A stretch of DNA of 37,168 bases. Origin: a virus. Lineage: Duplodnaviria; Caudoviricetes. The first letter of the stretch is position 1, and each line of letters begins with the position of its first letter. Positions 35,064 through 37,168 of the stretch are shown piece after piece. The DNA lies in the IMG/VR virus record IMGVR_UViG_3300035492_000143, positions 1-37,168 of that record. One strand, written 5' to 3'. The notes beneath the pieces were generated by a model, which was not told where the DNA came from, did no database searches, and was given only the letters and a program-made list of their open reading frames with translations. A program made the position numbers and the translations under genes.

Positions 35064-35557
35064 TACCCTGTCACCATCTGGTTGAAGTAGTTCAGGATGC
35101 GCTTCACGTAAGCCGTTGTCTCGGCCGCATGGTGGCCGGTCACATGGGGGAGCGATCGAATGATACTGGCGTAATCGTTTGCACCGCCTGCAGCCTTCTG
35201 CGCTTTAAGTAGATTGCCGAAGCCGGCGTTGTAGCTGGCCAGTGCGAGACAGTAGCGATCAATATCAGGGCGAGGAGCCGACCAACTATTCAGCAGCTTG
35301 GCCATTTAATAGGCGCCTGCCGGTATAGCGGCTTCAGGGTCAAATGGGGTGATATCAGCAGGATAGCCGAGCTCTTTTGCCACATCAGACCAAGTGCCTG
35401 GCATGAATTGCGCTATACCCTGAGCACCGACCGGTGACACCGCACTCGGGTCCAGTCTGGATTCAGCCAGGTACTGCGCTTTGAGGAGACGCCAATCGTG
35501 ATCAGGCAAGTGCTTTGCTGCAGCTGCCTGGATCAGCTTGTCGTATTGGGTAGGCAT
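35063..35557 (-). pseudogene. SLT-family lytic transglycosylase endolysin interrupted by an in-frame TAA
   Basis: AES...AVSPVGAQGIAQFMPGT, then AGAY-TAA(35308-35306)-MAKL, then ALASYNAG and ETTAYVKRI in the same frame. Confidence 0.85.
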
Positions 35558-35663
35558 AGCGATTCTCACGAATGGCTGAATTTGGGCCCGGGTTGTCCGC
35601 CGGGTTCGGTATCTGCCGCTTCACAGCGGTAGCCTGTCGCTTCACAGCGAGAATTTCAGGCAC

Positions 35664-35690
35664 AAAAAAAGCCCCGCGATTGCGAGGCCC
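35664..35690 (-). terminator. Late-leader terminator (tR'-like)
   Basis: On the minus strand: GCCTCGC-AATC-GCGGGGC followed by TTTTTTT. Confidence 0.75.
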
Positions 35691-35711
35691 AGTTAGTGCC
35701 AACTCTGGCAC

Positions 35712-35751
35712 GTTATATAGATAATTTAGTATGGATATCCAGCGATTGCAA
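35712..35751 (-). promoter_or_regulatory. Late promoter (pR'-like) with a -10-like pause element
   Basis: TTGCAA (35751-35746), 17-nt spacer, TAAATT (35728-35723), then TATAAC (35717-35712) just upstream of the terminator. Confidence 0.6.
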
Positions 35752-35779
35752 CAAAATCATGGATAAATAAACAGCCTGT

Positions 35780-35977
35780 CTATTTTTCCAGTTCATTGAG
35801 CCTGATTAGCGCGCGTATCAGTCTCTCGACCACCGGCGGTATTGGTGCGTGCCCACTGGTGTATTTTTTGTGGCTTGACTCGCTGATGCCCAGTGCATCC
35901 AGCCAGCCAGCCAGTTTGCCGCGCCCGTAGAAGCCCAGCTGTTGCTGGGCTTGTTTGTATTGTTCATGCGTCATCAT
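35780..35977 (-). CDS. Small XRE-like HTH protein
   Basis: MTHEQYKQAQQQLG...DALGIS.SS..KY.SG..PIP pattern; ATGA-coupled. Confidence 0.6.
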   Translation of the reverse strand: MMTHEQYKQAQQQLGFYGRGKLAGWLDALGISESSHKKYTSGHAPIPPVVERLIRALIRLNELEK

Positions 35978-36411
35978 GCTCGTCCTGGTTGATGACTGAC
36001 AGTTTGCCCGGACCGTTCCTCCGCCACCACTTCTGCGATCAAGGACTCTGCCACCGAATCGGCAGCACCCCCGCTCTGGCGATGGGCCTGATACCAAGTC
36101 ACGATCAAGCCGCAGACGTTATCCTCAGGTGCATCAGTGAATAGTTCAATCGGCAGATTACTGGCCTGACAAATCCGCTCAATTACCGCCATATCAAAGC
36201 TGATATGGCCATCTGCATCATACGCCAGGTTGAGGTCTGAAAATTCGATATCATCCGGGATTGCCACTTTCGCCATCTGATTGCTCATATATTCCTCTAC
36301 TGCCTGCTCAATCCATTCTGTGAGCCGCATTCCAGCGGCCCGGCTTGCGCGAACCCAGCGGCCTTTTGTGGCCGCTGGTACTCGCAGGTGGATTAGAGAA
36401 TCAGGCTTCAT
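35974..36411 (-). CDS. Protein with N-terminal ribbon-helix-helix-like motif
   Basis: LIHLRVPAATKGRWVRASRAAGMRLTEWIEQAVE; start re-assigned to 36411. Confidence 0.65.
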   Translation of the reverse strand: MKPDSLIHLRVPAATKGRWVRASRAAGMRLTEWIEQAVEEYMSNQMAKVAIPDDIEFSDLNLAYDADGHISFDMAVIERICQASNLPIELFTDAPEDNVCGLIVTWYQAHRQSGGAADSVAESLIAEVVAEERSGQTVSHQPGRA

Positions 36412-36922
36412 ATTCCCGCTCAACGCGCAATTCCTGACGGCGCTCATACATGAAGTCTTCCAAATCGCCGTGCAGGGTGTAGCCCATGCTGTTGGCTTCT
36501 GCCTCATACATCGCCACAAGCTCAGCAATGCGCTCATCGGACGTATCTGCTTCGATGTCGGACTGAATACCCTCATAAGCCCAATCGGCTGTGGCATGGC
36601 TGCTCATCGGCGCGAATTTGCCGGGCTTGTAGGTCTCAACAACGTCCTCATCGTCTGATTCAAACCTGTCGCCGTTGGGGTCGGAATCGCGCACTTCACC
36701 GAACTTTTCAATAATCGCGGCGCGAGCTTCTTCGATGGTGTCGTACTCACCGTGGGCATAAACAGCCCAGTCATCGGTAGTGCCACACCAACCGTCGGTG
36801 CGCTCTTCGTGACTGCTGTTGGTGATTGCCGGGGAGGTGCTGATCTCGATCTTATCGACATCAACGTACTGATCTTGACCTTTATTGGGGCCAACATACT
36901 TGGTTTCGATGACGTAGTACAT
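36401..36922 (-). CDS. Acidic hypothetical protein
   Basis: 173 aa, Asp/Glu-rich; AGGAG RBS. Confidence 0.75.
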   Translation of the reverse strand: MYYVIETKYVGPNKGQDQYVDVDKIEISTSPAITNSSHEERTDGWCGTTDDWAVYAHGEYDTIEEARAAIIEKFGEVRDSDPNGDRFESDDEDVVETYKPGKFAPMSSHATADWAYEGIQSDIEADTSDERIAELVAMYEAEANSMGYTLHGDLEDFMYERRQELRVEREYEA

Positions 36923-36996
36923 GATGTTGCTCCTATCAGGATTCGGGGTTCCGCCCCGGCGGTTTTGGCGAGGGCCATTCCCTTACCGTTAAGTTA

Positions 36997-37025
36997 ATAT
37001 TAGTTCTTTTAAGGAACTATTGCAA
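36997..37025 (-). promoter_or_regulatory. Sigma70-like promoter with a palindromic operator in the spacer
   Basis: TTGCAA (37025-37020), 17 nt, TAATAT (37002-36997); TAGTTCTTT-T-AAGGAACTA near-palindrome at 37001-37019. Confidence 0.65.
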
Positions 37026-37046
37026 GCATTCAGGCGAGATTTTTAA

Positions 37047-37168
37047 CAGGCTGTTGATTTTCTACCCCACAAAATGGGGCCTTGGTAGACTATCCACATC
37101 AATAACCGACTGACACCACCCAAGTATGCGCGGCGAAGACATCATTCAGGAGTCATTGTTCACGACCG
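37047..37168 (+). mobile_element. IS5-family insertion sequence, left end with transposase start (partial)
   Basis: TTAA (37043-37046), then CAGGCTGTTGA; ATG 37126 gives MRGEDIIQESLFTT, resembling the MRG....Q..LF N-terminus of IS5-family transposases. Confidence 0.8.

Noticed and set aside
35306-35308. Genome-wide stop-codon reassignment
   Set aside because: TAA terminates many other genes normally (int, cI, capsid); the carried tRNAs are ordinary Ala and Glu, not suppressors.

Overview
The window reads as a complete, circularly permuted ~37 kb temperate lambdoid siphophage genome with HK97-type head genes, probably from a gammaproteobacterial host (inference from tRNA, CsrA and gene style). 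It is opened at an IS5-family element: the right end of the IS occupies 1-122, its left end occupies 37047-37168, and TTAA abuts both. Joining the ends restores the canonical order rusA - Q-like - late promoter - lysis - HNH/cos - terminase - head - tail. The early region has cro/cI with matching OR/OL operator triplets, three accessory genes in the lambda rex position, RecE/RecT, an O-like initiator with internal iterons, DnaB, NinB, an adenine methylase and RusA. Xis/Int are followed by what looks like an intact attP. It contains the 3' half of tRNA-Ala(GGC), triplicated arm-like repeats, and complete tRNA-Glu(TTC) and tRNA-Ala(GGC) genes positioned to rebuild a host tRNA operon after integration. 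Other notable points: an endolysin broken by one in-frame TAA, an inverted CsrA homologue inside the tail module, a ~700 bp hairpin-rich non-coding stretch where cII would be, and an atypical tail tip with SPRY and Cys-rich proteins. All calls come from reading motifs and synteny by eye; no database searches were run.
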